A DNA stretch of 64,000 nt from Eledone cirrhosa. Its lineage: Eukaryota. Below, piece after piece: positions 43,150 to 58,127 of this stretch. The notes beneath the pieces are model-generated. The model did no database searches, was not told the origin of the DNA, and worked only from the letters and a program-made list of their open reading frames with translations. The translations under genes were made by a program, and so were the position numbers. Location: NCBI GenBank assembly GCA_964016885.1, contig OZ024742.1, positions 66,650,001-66,714,000 on the forward strand, given 5' to 3'. The first letter of the stretch is position 1. Each line of letters begins with the position of its first letter.

Positions 43150-45100
43150 TCAGTTTCCGCGTGACTACATAAGAACACGAATGTGTATACTGTATCTTGG
43201 ACACTAGAGGTAATTGTGTTAAACGGCTGTATTGTATAGAATCAGTGCGCCAGCATGTAAAACAGGAATTGGTCAAACATTTGGGAAACAGTTTAAAAAA
43301 CAGGTTTACAGTACTGGGACTGACGGACATGTTCTTAAGATGGACAATATACAGCGACTGGTTTGATGATAATGATGCTATAATCACCACGCTCACTGAA
43401 GAGAAGAGCAAGATGTATGAGATGTGCTTCATTTAAGAGGGTCCAATGAGGAATACTTTTGAGAAAGCCTTCAAAGAAGCATAGTCAAAACTGCAATGAA
43501 AACTCGTAGGATGAAGGTCTGAAGTTTCGGTAGAGATGCAGAGGGCTTATAACAGCAGATATTTGAAGATATTTTGCAGTACTATAAGGCAATTGTTGAT
43601 CAACAGACTTAAACAATTGCACCATCAACGTCAAAAGATATGAACGTCTTCATTAAAGATCCAGCAGGAATCATGAATAAGTGGATTGAACACGGTGAAA
43701 TCTGTTTGAAAACCCATCTGTAGTTGAGAGGGAATTATTAATGAACTGCTGCAAAGGGATAATGTGAAAGAGATGACGAATGATCTAACAATTATTGAGT
43801 TAAGGTCTACTCTCAAAGAGATAAACACATGGAAAGCTCCTGATTTGGAAGGAAAACCAGCTGATCTGATCCGCTGTGAAGGAGACATTAATGCTATGGC
43901 AATTTATAGGCTTGTTATATATGAATACCCTGGAGAGCCTGTCCTACAAGACTGGATAGATGCTATTTTGTTCTCAATTTACAAGAGCAAGGGGTTCATA
44001 GAATATCTCTGCTCGAATCGGTAGGAAAGCTCTCATACATGGTATTGCTGAATTATTTTATAAAATGCACCTCTGGTCTTGCCATCCCTGAATACTCTGT
44101 GTGGATTCCCAGCTGGGAGGGGTACTATGGGCATGATTTTCTCAGGAGAATTGTGTTGAGCATCCAGTGCCACCATACGTAGTATTTGTGTATTTGTGGC
44201 CTTTACCATTGTGCATTATTGGTCATATTGGGGAAACTTGGATGTACTCAAGAATTTGTTGAAATATCAAAAATAAACTCCATCAAAATAAGAAAGCAAA
44301 AGTGAAATTCAATGGGGCACTTTGAAAGCCGATTTCAGTGGAAAACTGTGTCAGGCGAGGCGACATATCTGCATCCACCTTGTACTCCATCTACTTTGCC
44401 GTGCTGCTGACATATGCCTTCAAGACGTCGGAATCGGTACTTACTTGCGAATTAGAAGTTCTGGCAAATCTTTAATCACAAAGTCCAAATCATTTGGTAC
44501 TCTTGTTAGGGAGATTCTGTTTGCAGATGATACATATTTTGTAGCACATACTGTAGAGGACATGCAATTGATATTGGACACTTTCTCCAATGCATGCACT
44601 GTGTTTGGGCTAAATATTAATATAAAAAAGACAAAGGTCAGTTGAGTAAGTGCATGTGGAGCCAGATATTTTCATGAGAGGAAAAATACTTGAGGTGTTG
44701 GACAGCTTTCTGTATCTCGGAAGAACACTTAGTAGAAGTGGTACCAACGATGCTGAACATCGATCACAGAATTACGAAAGAAAGACTTGCTTTCGGGCAT
44801 CTTAAGAATCAAGTCTGGTGAAATTGGGGTATCGCGAGAAACACAAAGCTCTCTATGTTCTCACAGTACTGCTATACAGTGGAAAACGTGGATAATTTAT
44901 AAGCATCACATCCGGCTGCTGGAGATGTTTCATCAGCATTATAGCTGACGTATCCTGAACGGATGCCGCTGTAATTGAGAAAGCGGATGCACCAGTATTG
45001 AGAGGAGGATTATAAACTAAATGCCTTGAGCTGGTCATGCGGTCACGATGGAAGATGGAAGGCTGCCTAAACAGTTGTTGTATGGGGAGATGAGCAGAGG
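43150..45100 (+). mobile_element. Decayed RTE-clade non-LTR retrotransposon
   Basis: WKAPDLEG, QDWIDAILFSIYKSKG, ILFADD..VAHT..MQ..D.FS.AC..FGL.INIKKTKV, FLYLG, GHA..MEDGRLPKQLLYGE; ends at (TA)n. Confidence 0.8.
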
Positions 45101-45117
45101 AATATATATATATATAT

Positions 45118-45310
45118 ATATAACGAAGAAGATGTGGTAAGGAACCAGATGTACCATAACGCACCAGAGTACTCAATACTTAGGGTAGTAGAGTGGGTAA
45201 TAGGAAAAAGTATGACCCCGACGGCAGAGCTCAAGCCGTTTCGACGGCGGCTATTTCTGGACTGAAATAGCCGTTGAGACGGCTTGAGCTCTGCCATCGG
45301 GGTCATACTT

Positions 45311-45368
<58 letters not shown>

Positions 45369-45558
45369 CGAAGAAGATGTGGTAAAGAACCAGATGTACC
45401 ATAACGCACCAGAGTACTCAATACTTAGGGCAGTAGAGTGGGTAATAGGAAAAAGTATGACACCGACGGCTGAGCTCAAGCTGTTTCGACGGCGGCAATT
45501 TCTGGTCTGAAATAGCCTTTGAAACGGCTTGAGCTCTGCCGTCGGGGTCATACTTTTT

Positions 45559-45562
<4 letters not shown>
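45118..45562. repeat. Two tandem ~195-bp fold-back fragments of the U3-A8 HHR element 3' end
   Basis: Each unit has GACCCCGACGG(C)..GAGCTCAAGCCGTTTCGACGGC followed by its inverse; the two are separated by (TA)n. The HHR 5' core is absent. Another fragment lies at ~50985-51060. Confidence 0.8.
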
Positions 45563-45613
<51 letters not shown>

Positions 45614-46289
45614 ACAAATGTGTGAGATCCTCGGTTCAGTTAAGAATATTTGAAAAAGGAAAAAGAATGACATCATATTTAATTTTTATAATTTTTTAAT
45701 TTTGCTATGAACTTTGTTAACATCGGTGGAAAGTCTTTTTTTAAAATCCTGGTTAACTTTCTGAAGAACTTTCTTGCATTCATAGGAGGAGATAGTCAAA
45801 CTAATCTACAGTTAATCATGCGTTGGTGTATAAATGAATTAACACTTTCCCAGACATATCCATCATCTTTATATATACACTAACACATTATAATTTTAGA
45901 TAAGTGTGAAAATCGCCACCGATGAATGCGAAAATATTCTCTTGAAAGTTAAACACGTTATTTGAAAAACTTTCCACCGAAGTTAACAAAGATCTTCATG
46001 ACAAAATTATAAAATTTTAAAATTGTAAAATTATAAAATTAAATTCTTATAGAATAAAAGTGAACTAAAAGTGAACTAACAGTGAAGTTATTCTCTTCCA
46101 TTTTTCACACGCACGCACACACACACACACAAATATGATTATATATATATATATATATATAATTATATATATATACAGTATTTTCCGTTGTGTTGTAATA
46201 TAAATATTACACACAGTAGATTATCAGCTCACGTAGAGTTTGCTCGACGGTTCCAGTTGTAGTTCCAAAAGTAATCCGGAGAAAAATAG

Positions 46290-48052
<1,763 letters not shown>

Positions 48053-48689
48053 AATTATATATATATATATACTTAATACATTAACAGAGAAAGCTTTAAG
48101 CAATACTCCGACCGACATCCATCTCACTCAACAAACATGAGTATAATCCCAATTATACGTTTCGGGTGCTAACTATATTGTATTTTGCAGATAGCCGACT
48201 GTATTATTTTATATGAGACATAATTAAAGTTATAGGTTTTCTACAAATTGGGAAAATAATGTCCAGGTTATGGGGAGGTTACCTGTGTGTATATCTGTGT
48301 ATTTATGTGTTTGTGTGTGATTTTGTGTGTGTGCGCAAAAGATTGCTTCACTCTGTTGGCCGGGAAGGAGGGGAACCTTCCTCTATTTCAGTTTATTAAA
48401 CGTTCCCATCACCATGGAGCGCTACATTTAAATGATGTGATAATATTTGTTCGCCCCTGCCTTCATACCTGAACGCTATTCCGTATCAAATATGTTTTCA
48501 ATACAATCACAGGCGTAACTGTGACATTAAGAAAATATGGTGCTTCGAAAATACGTAATTTTATATTCCTTTAGGTGTCTTTGTATGTAATCAATACTTA
48601 ACTAATTCACTATTAGATTCGGAAGTCGGGTTATGCGTATGAGCTTATGTGTATGTTTATGTAATTAGGTCTATGTGATCGTGTCTCCA

Positions 48690-48846
48690 TATAAGTTTTG
48701 TCGAGTGACAAAGCGTTTCAGCAAATAGAGTTCAATAAAATACATACCAGACTAAATTATGCATGGTGATGAATATGGCCAACGGAAATTTTGAAGGCGG
48801 GGCCCTAGTATGACCGCAATCCAGTTCAATGACCGAAATCACTAAA
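48690..48846 (+). mobile_element. Degenerate 3' part of a second octopus-type SINE
   Basis: GAAGGCGGGGCCCTAGTATGACCGCAATCC..ATGACCGAAATCACTAA resembles, from recall, the common octopus SINE tail AAGGCGGTGCCCCAGCATGGCCGCAGTC..ATGACTGAAACAAGTAA. Confidence 0.45.
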
Positions 48847-49087
48847 CAACCTGAATCACATTATTTTGTTAATTTTTTCTCTGCTTTGTTCCTGAATGAA
48901 AGGAAATTCAACAATAAACTGATTGTGATTTAAACATTATATATGAGTGAAATATAAGAGGAAAAGATGACCATAGTGAGCTGAACTATAATTATGTGTT
49001 TTTATGGGTATGTTTAGCATCATCTCCATTAATGACAGTAAGTTGCATAGTAGCATTTCATTTTCTTGCATATCATATATATATGTG

Positions 49088-49126
<39 letters not shown>

Positions 49127-49217
49127 CTGTGTGTGTATGACTTTTGTTTTGTTTTCATTGTTCTATACTCACATTCACGCACATGCACACACATACATAC
49201 ACACATATATATATATA

Positions 49218-49259
<42 letters not shown>

Positions 49260-49496
49260 CTTTTGCGAGCGTATGTGCATGTGTGTGTGCGAAAGCGAGA
49301 GAAATTACATACATGTATGTATGATGGCTGCAACTCGATGTCGAGTAATACTCTCGCTTGATATTAAGCTTGAGCAGCACGGACGCGATAGTTTAGTCCT
49401 GTTAGGCACTCGCAATAGCAGGACAACGACCGTGCCTAGAGAATGAAGTGCCCTTGGACACCCGCCAGACCAGAACCTTTCACTATCCGTTCCAGA

Positions 49497-49529
<33 letters not shown>

Positions 49530-49533
<4 letters not shown>

Positions 49534-50978
49534 AAAAAAAACAAAGAACGCTTACATACTCAAACAGTCTTTATTCACTAACAATGTTTAATCCTCACCT
49601 TTAGGCAGGAATCATCAGAGGTCAACAAATACCGTATTGAGTATAAGCTCCACAATAACTTAGCCACACGAACAATCAGAAAAAATAATAGGGGGATTGC
49701 AGATAGCTAACAAATAGGTTCATGCTGGGGTTACTAAGCATCACTGCAAAATATCAAGATATAATTGGATTCAATAAGATAAAGACACAATAGATGGCAG
49801 TCAAAAATGTAGAATTTAAAATCAAAAAGTGTGAAAGCATTAAAATGTACATAACAAATACATAAAAATGCATAAAAATACATAAGAAATACATAAAACA
49901 TAGATAAAAATATATAAAAAGTACATAAGGAAAGACAGGCAAATGTTAATACATAATATAAATTATATTAAAGTAATAAAAAATAATAAAAAATATAAAA
50001 ATAAAGATAAAAAATAATAATAATAGAGATAATATAATAAAATGAAATGAAGAAAAATAAAATGAAATAATTAAATAAAAAATATATACTAAATATAAAT
50101 TAAAATACAATAAATTAATATAAAAAAGTATAATAAAATAATTATAAATGATAATAAAATAATAAAATAATATAATAATAAGATGAAATTAAATTAAAAA
50201 GATTTAAAATATTTAATAAATTGAGAAAAAGTTATGTTATGAGTCCTTAGAGAAGCAAGTTATTACAAACGCAGTTCCTAGCAACACAAGCGAGTATAAT
50301 GTCAGTAGTCTATATACAGGCGTGAAGAGATCTTTTAGTACATCACAAAGGACCACAGTAATTCGAATGACCATCATACTATACATACACAAGGTATATC
50401 AGTAGGTACCCGAACTACGTAGCCAATTGCTGTTCACAAGTATATAGAAAGGTATCACAATGGCACAGGCCTCACTCAAGTAAATGTGGTTAATATATGG
50501 TATTGCTGAGTGAAACAAGTAAATACATTTAAGGCATAAAAAGAAGCCATGCATAAGCAGGTTTCGGTTAGTGTGTGATAGAATTTAAGCAGTCACAATA
50601 TATTAGTTGTTATAAAAGTTGTTATAAAGTAATTGGCAAAGTTATTATTCATGCATAATTAGCTATGCAAGCAGGACTAATTGTTTACATATCCAATATA
50701 TTATATATATATACACATACATACACATATATACATATATGCTCCCAGGTTAAATATACGTAGTAGTATTAAACAACCACTACATGCAGAAAATCACAGG
50801 TCAACATTAAAACATTGTTCAAGAATCATTTCAAGCCAATTCTGCACACACAATTCTGTCACCAACATGTGAATAGAAATTCAGGTCGCAGCAACTACTA
50901 ACAGCACAGCCATCCAGTCACTAAAATCAAATAAAAATAATACTGGTTTAGAGCATTTTACTTTATTTAGCGCCACTA
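49530..50978 (-). mobile_element. Probable non-coding PLE 3' region with decayed HHR
   Basis: Between (TA)n runs; minus strand ~49575-49622 reads CUGAUGA-UUCCU GCCU AA AGGU G AGGAU-UAAA-CAUUG-UU (GAAA mutated to UAAA), layout like the 55025-55069 HHR. Confidence 0.45.
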
Positions 50979-51087
50979 TATATATAACGAAGGAAGTGTG
51001 GGTAGGAACCAGATGGACCATAACGCACCAGAGTACTCAATACTTAGGGTAGTAGAGTGGTTATATATATATATATATATATATATA

Positions 51088-51768
51088 TCGTTTCTGAATT
51101 TGTTTAGCAAGATTCTTTATCTGAAAACGTGTGTTGAAACCGAAATTGTTATATTTTGGGAGGGTTATGTTCCACTCATGTTTTCTATTTAATTTTGGTT
51201 GTAATTCATTTATGTTTATTGCCTCTGTGATTTGTCTAAACATTGCGTTTTTTTTTGTTTTTTTTTGACGCAATGTTTAGACAAATCACAGAGGCAATAC
51301 ACATAAATGAATTACAACCAAAATTAAATAGAAAACATGAGTGGAACAGCAACATCACAACTTACAATTAAGGACAAAATGAAAACACACACGCACATAG
51401 AACAAACAACCAACCAGTAACATGTAAATAAACAAATAAATAAACGAATATAAACACACACAGACACCCGGATGTAACACATGCGCAAACTAACCACACA
51501 ACACAGGCAAAAACAAGATGGCGTAGGATAGAATAAAGGAGAGGCACAAAAAACAAAGAAAAGAATCCCCAGTCACTGAACAGATCACAGAATGTGTGAC
51601 GAAAGAACTTTGTCAATATATAAACAACCATCTGGTTGTGGAACCAACCAACCAACCGGAAATTTATAAATTCCTAAATTTATAAATTTATTATTATAAA
51701 TTGAAGTGAAAGCAACTGGTGCGTGTGTTTCTTATTGGCAACATGACCCTCCCAAAGTATAGCAATAT
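51088..51768. mobile_element. Fold-back fragment of the 11340-12790 PLE family (endonuclease C-terminus + 3' region)
   Basis: AMFRQITEAI.INELQPKLNRKHEW is encoded on both strands (~51165-51250 minus, ~51268-51350 plus); plus copy continues to CATGACCCTCCCAAAGTATAGCAAT. Confidence 0.8.
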
Positions 51769-52554
51769 ATATATATATATACGCGGGCTAATATTCATAT
51801 TCGCAACAATGGATATTTGTAAATTTATCGACTGTGTAGATAACGGACGAGCTAGATGGATTGAAACGTAAGGCTTCATTAATCTTAATTTATATAATCT
51901 CGCAGTTGTGAAACCTGCCTTTAATCGAAAGTTGAACACATTGTTTTTATATGAGTTCAATGTGTACTTATTTTACCTCTGTTTTTTTACTCACATAACT
52001 AACCAGGTTGAGATCTGCTATTTTTCAGTTATTGAATTATACCGCCTAAATTGTTCTACCTCATAACGGCTGATTTTAACTGCCCCCACCTCTTTAGACA
52101 TTCTCGTGATTCTTCCGCAGTATGAAACTGATAACAGTATCACTTTGTTGTATCCCTTCTACATTAACAGTCTCTCGGATAAAAATCTCCCGTTTGAATT
52201 TGGACTGAACTCCCGTTAGTGATATTCTACGGCAGTCCCACTAATATTTGTAATATTTGCAAATATTGCATGACTTCTGTGAGAAACATTTGCCGATGAA
52301 ACCTTCGTTGCCCAGGACGTGGCATGAATCTATACAGTTCGCGTATATTAATTGTACCCACTCTAAGCTATGTATCCACAAATTCGTATTTACAACATAC
52401 GATATTTATAAATTCATAGTGGCAGTAGATAGCGGCCAGCATCATTAAAAGTTATATTTATATATACATATATCCACATATATAACGAGAGCATTATTCG
52501 GTTTGTGGAAAGGAATTTATTCCTTTGTTAAAACTTTAAATTTCGACCGCCAAA

Positions 52555-52950
52555 ACCGGGGGTTACCTCCCTTTGAGAAAACCACGTGACCACCAGCAGT
52601 CTTACTGCAATAATTCACACCCGACTGCGGCATTGAACGGAAACCTGTTGAGAAAGTGAACCCTCTGTTCGATTATCCAAAACCAATAACTTGCATACCC
52701 CGCAAGTGGATTTGTTCATTTCGATATACACAGAAACCTACCGGAGATATTGCATAATATAGACGGGATGGTCCAGGTTTGTCAAATTATCTTGAGTTAG
52801 TTTTCGGGTTGCTTTGGTCCTTGCGGCTGGCTCACAGGCCGCAGTCATCAATTTGTCAAGCTGTCTAAACGTATGTTAAGATAAACTACATTATTGAGTG
52901 CATAGCTGCACATTCCGGATTCCATTCGTTAGCATGGCTGCAGCCAGAGC
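52555..52950 (-). mobile_element. Possible decayed mariner transposase remnant
   Basis: Minus strand LDHPVY..ISPVGFCVYRNEQIHLRG (frameshifted) resembles the mariner HPPYSPDLAPSDFYLF..LK..LRG motif. Confidence 0.3.
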
Positions 52951-52970
52951 TTCGATTTTACTGGACTTCC

Positions 52971-53104
<134 letters not shown>

Positions 53105-53747
53105 TGATCCGGCGGACTTCAAACCCACGCGGTGATCCCTTTCAAGGTGTTTCTTGTAATGCGCAGCTAACATAGCGCTCTGTGTATAAATAAATATGGT
53201 GATGTTGGATAATAATATACGTACATGCATACCTGTGCACATACGCACATATATACCAGAAATTCCACCGCACATTTGCGGGTCGTAGACCGCTTTTGCA
53301 ATACACACATAAATATTAAACATATTAGAGAAACATACATGCATATTGTTACACAGGAAGGGGAAACTGAATCGTAGCTACACAAGGATTAAGATTTTCT
53401 TTCGGGAATATAGATACACGATATGTATCAATAAACTTGCATTGTTTTTCACTGATTCATAATCATCTATGAGCTGCAAAGATGATATAATCTACGCAAA
53501 TTGATAAGGAAAGCAAAATTCTGAAACGAGACAGAAATAGAATATTGAACAGCGGCTACATCTTGAAATGTTTAGTTTGATCGTGTTTCTTTATTGTAAT
53601 CCCAGAAAATCCATCTTAATACGTTCGACATATGTGATTCTCCTAGAATGTGATATTTATGTTGCGATTATTTGTAAAGCCTCGTAGTGAAGTGCATATG
53701 TACTTTCCATGACAGCGAAAACACACAAATTCAATATACTAAACACT

Positions 53748-54200
<453 letters not shown>

Positions 54201-54212
54201 TATATATATATA

Positions 54213-54760
54213 TAAACGGAAAAAATGAAACGAAATTTCATTTCGCACTCTTAGTACGGCTGTTACTTAAATATAAGTATGTATACGTTCATACATATAT
54301 ATATATATACAGACGTACAGTAGTATGTATATATATATACATACATGCACATATATATATATGTACGTATGGATTCACCGAACATTTATTATAATGCTCG
54401 GTGTGTTTGTAAACAAACATCCCGTATTAAGCCGTAGTGTCTAGCAACCATCGTTGCTCGTTTGTTCAACACTGACAAAGGAACGCTGTACTAAATTCAA
54501 GCTTATTAGCTATCGTCAGCAACGTATACCTTCCTGCCAGATGATTGAACGTCTGAAAGTATATACTTTCCTTATGCATATTAACGGCTGAGCAGCCTAA
54601 TTTGCATATCGAGTGGGTTAATCGCCCGGGTGCACCGAAAACGATAAACGGAAAAAATGAAACGATATTTCATTTCCCACTCTTAGTACGGCTGTTACTT
54701 AAATATAAGTATGTATACGTACATACATATATGTATACAGACGTACAGTAGTATGTGTAT
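54213..54760 (-). mobile_element. Retrozyme-like 432-bp unit (~1.25 monomers)
   Basis: TAAACGGAAAAAATGAAACG recurs at 54213 and 54645; HHR at 54484-54524 with GAAA mutated to GAAU. Confidence 0.75.
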
Positions 54761-54787
54761 ATATATATATATATCTATATATATATA

Positions 54788-54877
<90 letters not shown>

Positions 54878-55024
54878 ATAAAAATACTTGAGTGTATTAG
54901 AGTTAAACACACTCGTCGTATTAGAGAAATGACAGTATAAGATATAGCTCAATGTTATCCAACGGAGCCGAAAAATTATATAAAAAATAAACAAAGAAGC
55001 CTTTAATTCATCAAAAATCTTTAT

Positions 55025-55069
55025 TTGCTGACAATGTTTCGTCCAATTAATAAGGTCTCATCAGAGCAA
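55025..55069 (-). ncRNA. Minimal type-I hammerhead ribozyme in Naiad pLTR
   Basis: Minus strand: UUGCU-CUGAUGA-GACC UUAUUAAUU GGAC-GAAA-C AUU G-UC/AGCAA. Confidence 0.8.
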
Positions 55070-55607
55070 GGAAAAAGAGAAGAAGTATTAATGGCCAGAA
55101 CAAGCCAAAACCCAGAAGAACAGCTAATGGATATTTATGAAAATTTGGGAAAATTATCATGGAAAGACATACTAAATCTAATAGGGTGCATTTGTAAATA
55201 AAGACTATAGGGCAAGAGAGCAGGCAAGACATTAAACAAACCAACGTTAGAAGTACAATATAAGTCTAATACTAGAAATACAACATGGTAATACAATGTG
55301 ACAATTATAATATAAAATACAATAAATAATACAGAAATAAAACTTAATATATATATATATATATACATCCACACTCACTCTGACACATATATATATACAC
55401 GTTTACACATACACATAATAACACAAATATAAATATAAGCCTTATAATAGAATAATCACCCTGACGGTGTGATTAAACAATACCAAAATCAATGAAAATA
55501 ATATATTGACATTAAAAAAATATATAAAAATTCATCCTACGTATCATGTAAAGTCAACTAAAAGTGTATAAAAATATAATGTATTTCACAGGGTAAAAAA
55601 TAATAAT

Positions 55608-55715
55608 AATTGTTTCTACTTTAGGCACAAGGCCAGAAATCACCCAGTGCATTACTGGTACTTTATTTTATCGACCCCGTAAGGATGAAAGGCAAAGTCA
55701 ACCTCGGCGGGATTT
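55608..55715 (-). mobile_element. Truncated tRNA-derived SINE (octopus-type)
   Basis: Tail and central domain match the 4754-4930 family. Confidence 0.8.
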
Positions 55716-55803
55716 AATAATACCATATAATAATATAAAGTCTGGTGGAAAATATATATAAATATATATAATAGACAATAAATATACGGAGATATAGGCA
55801 GTT

Positions 55804-56025
55804 CAAATCCATATAATATTACATATTAATATTTCAATACCGGACACATACTTATAATTCAAATACATATAATATAACATTATATATTAACATTAATATT
55901 TCAATAGCAGACACAAATCCATATAATATCACATATTAATATTTCAATACCGGACACATACTTATAATTCAAATACATATAATATAATATTATATATTAA
56001 CATTGATATTTCAATAGCAGACACA
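55804..56025. repeat. 110-bp tandem duplication
   Basis: CAAATCCATATAATA..CCGGACACATAC..GCAGACAC starts at 55804 and 55914. Confidence 0.85.
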
Positions 56026-58127
56026 CAAAAGCAAGGGAAAAAGCTTAAGACATATTTATACGATAAATTCAAGGACACAAGTGACAGATGATAGGAAAGA
56101 CAGACAGCAAGTGGTAGCAAAGCAGAACGAAAACAAAAACAAACACAAACACAAAATCACGTAGGCGCAACAAACCGTTAGGTGAAAATAGAAGATACTA
56201 CTATTCTAAACCAAAAAATTGAATTGAAATCCTTATTAATTTAATTAATCTTAAAATAGTTGAATAAACATTACGGGTCACTTCATATGGAATAAAATTT
56301 AAGTCATCAATGCCGATAGAGATCAAGATATTTCAACAAATGAGCTAATATATTTATCGAAGATGTGTTAAAATCCGTCGTGACGACTGACGTTATCCAA
56401 AGTAAAAACTTTAATTAAAACTATGGTAGACAAAGGGGAACAGAAAGAAGTAAAACTACGGAGGGCAAGAAGGAACATAAAAGTATAATATATATATATT
56501 CAATAAGGCGAAGATTAAGTTTAGAAAGGATGAGGTTCATTAGCCTAAGATGTAAGGGACTAAAATTAAACTATTCAATAATATACACTCCAACCAGGGA
56601 TGAAAATAAAGATAGGAATATATAAGTCGACAAGGAAGAGTAAAAATGTAATAATGGTCAAGGTGATAAATGGGCTAAAACAGCTAAGAAAACTAGAAAA
56701 ACTAAAATCAATAAATCGTAGAAAACTAATAATAATAATAATGAATTAAAAAAACCAAAGTGATAAGGAATCAAAGCAGCTAATGTATACGGTTTAAACT
56801 ACCTGAGCTTTTAGGTTTATAATAGAAGAAGGAATTAGAGATAGCATGCGGACGGGAAGAAAATATTTCAGATTTTCTATTAAGCAATACGTTCCTAGAG
56901 AAAATTATAGAATGGGTCTCCAGAATACAAAGATTACAGAATTTAGTGTGGGTAGAAAGGTGATTAGAGTGGGCTATAATACGTCAATGCAGACTGTATG
57001 GTATACCAGTCCCCTTTAAATCCCAAATATGGTGTGCCAAAGAAGTTGAGTTTTTAAATTTCATATGCTTAAAATTAGAGACATGTGAATTAAATGTAGT
57101 CTTAAAAGTATTAGATGTAGAGCCTATATATGTTTTACAAGAAGAATTAGTCTTAACATCACATGCATAAACAATATTCCTAGAGAGGCAGTGACCATTT
57201 AAAGGGCATCTATTACTTAATCTACAATTACACTTACGGGTACTAGTTATTAGCTGATTACGCGAAGTAATATTCCTAGGGTTATTAGACAACAAGACCT
57301 GCTCGGGTGGTAAGTTATTAATAGAACTATCTAGATGGTGGTAAGTAAAGAGCAGTAGCTGTCCCTAATTTTCTTATTATTAGTGCTAGATGTGAACTAA
57401 TGTTAGGCGTAGTAGAAAATGAGAGTTTAATTACATTCTTATTAAAGATACTATGATATTTATTAGCAGGAGGGAAATTTTTCTCTAAAATAGAAAAGAA
57501 AGACCTAGGGATATTAGTTAGTACATCATAGTTATAGGGTGGGTTAAAGTAGGTATTCAGCCTTCTCCTATTTCTATTACGTATCTTATTTATAGGATCA
57601 GGGTTTATGTGGGGACCAATTGAATTAACACTAGTAGAAACCGCTATAACATTACCACTGGGTGTACGTCCAGAGCGTCTATCCTGTTCATTAAAACTAA
57701 TCTCAAAATGTGTACCGTTAGACACACTATTATAATTACTATTGCGGTTGTTATACAAAGGGTTCGGTTTGGATATATCTACAAGATTTCTATGGTTCCT
57801 ATGTTTTCTACCCCCATTAAAGGCCATATTGTAGGATATCACGTTACTATAGGTAATCGGAGTCGTTTCAAGGTTGTCATCTTTATAATGTAGCCTACCA
57901 GAGTAACCAGAGTTAGCTAGGGCATTATTATAATACTCAGCATGTGAATTAAAAATTCATATATCCTTAGAGAGTGTGGAGATTCTATTAGATACACCGT
58001 TAATAATAGAACTAATCATAGATTTAGGGTGGTTGGAATTAGGATTAACGTAAGAGAGTGTCTCATTTGGCTTGTGGAAGGGTTTATAATTATTAGTGAC
58101 TATATATATATATATATATATATATAA

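Larger units (their letters stand above)
54875..58100 (-). mobile_element. Naiad-type PLE, 5'-truncated (RT thumb + GIY-YIG + long 3' region with HHR pLTR)
   Basis: YKPFHKPNETLSYVNPNSNHP; YFNPPY..TNI..FF; CNCRLSNRCPLNGHCL..IVYAC.V..YIGST; after an internal TGA it continues CNLCILE..LLNRKSE. Confidence 0.88.

Noticed and set aside
56984-56986. In-frame TGA in the Naiad endonuclease as possible selenocysteine
   Set aside because: It aligns with the conserved Trp (YSMFW and HSLTW in the other two copies), so it is a TGG-to-TGA nonsense change, not a Cys/Sec position. No SECIS was recognised.
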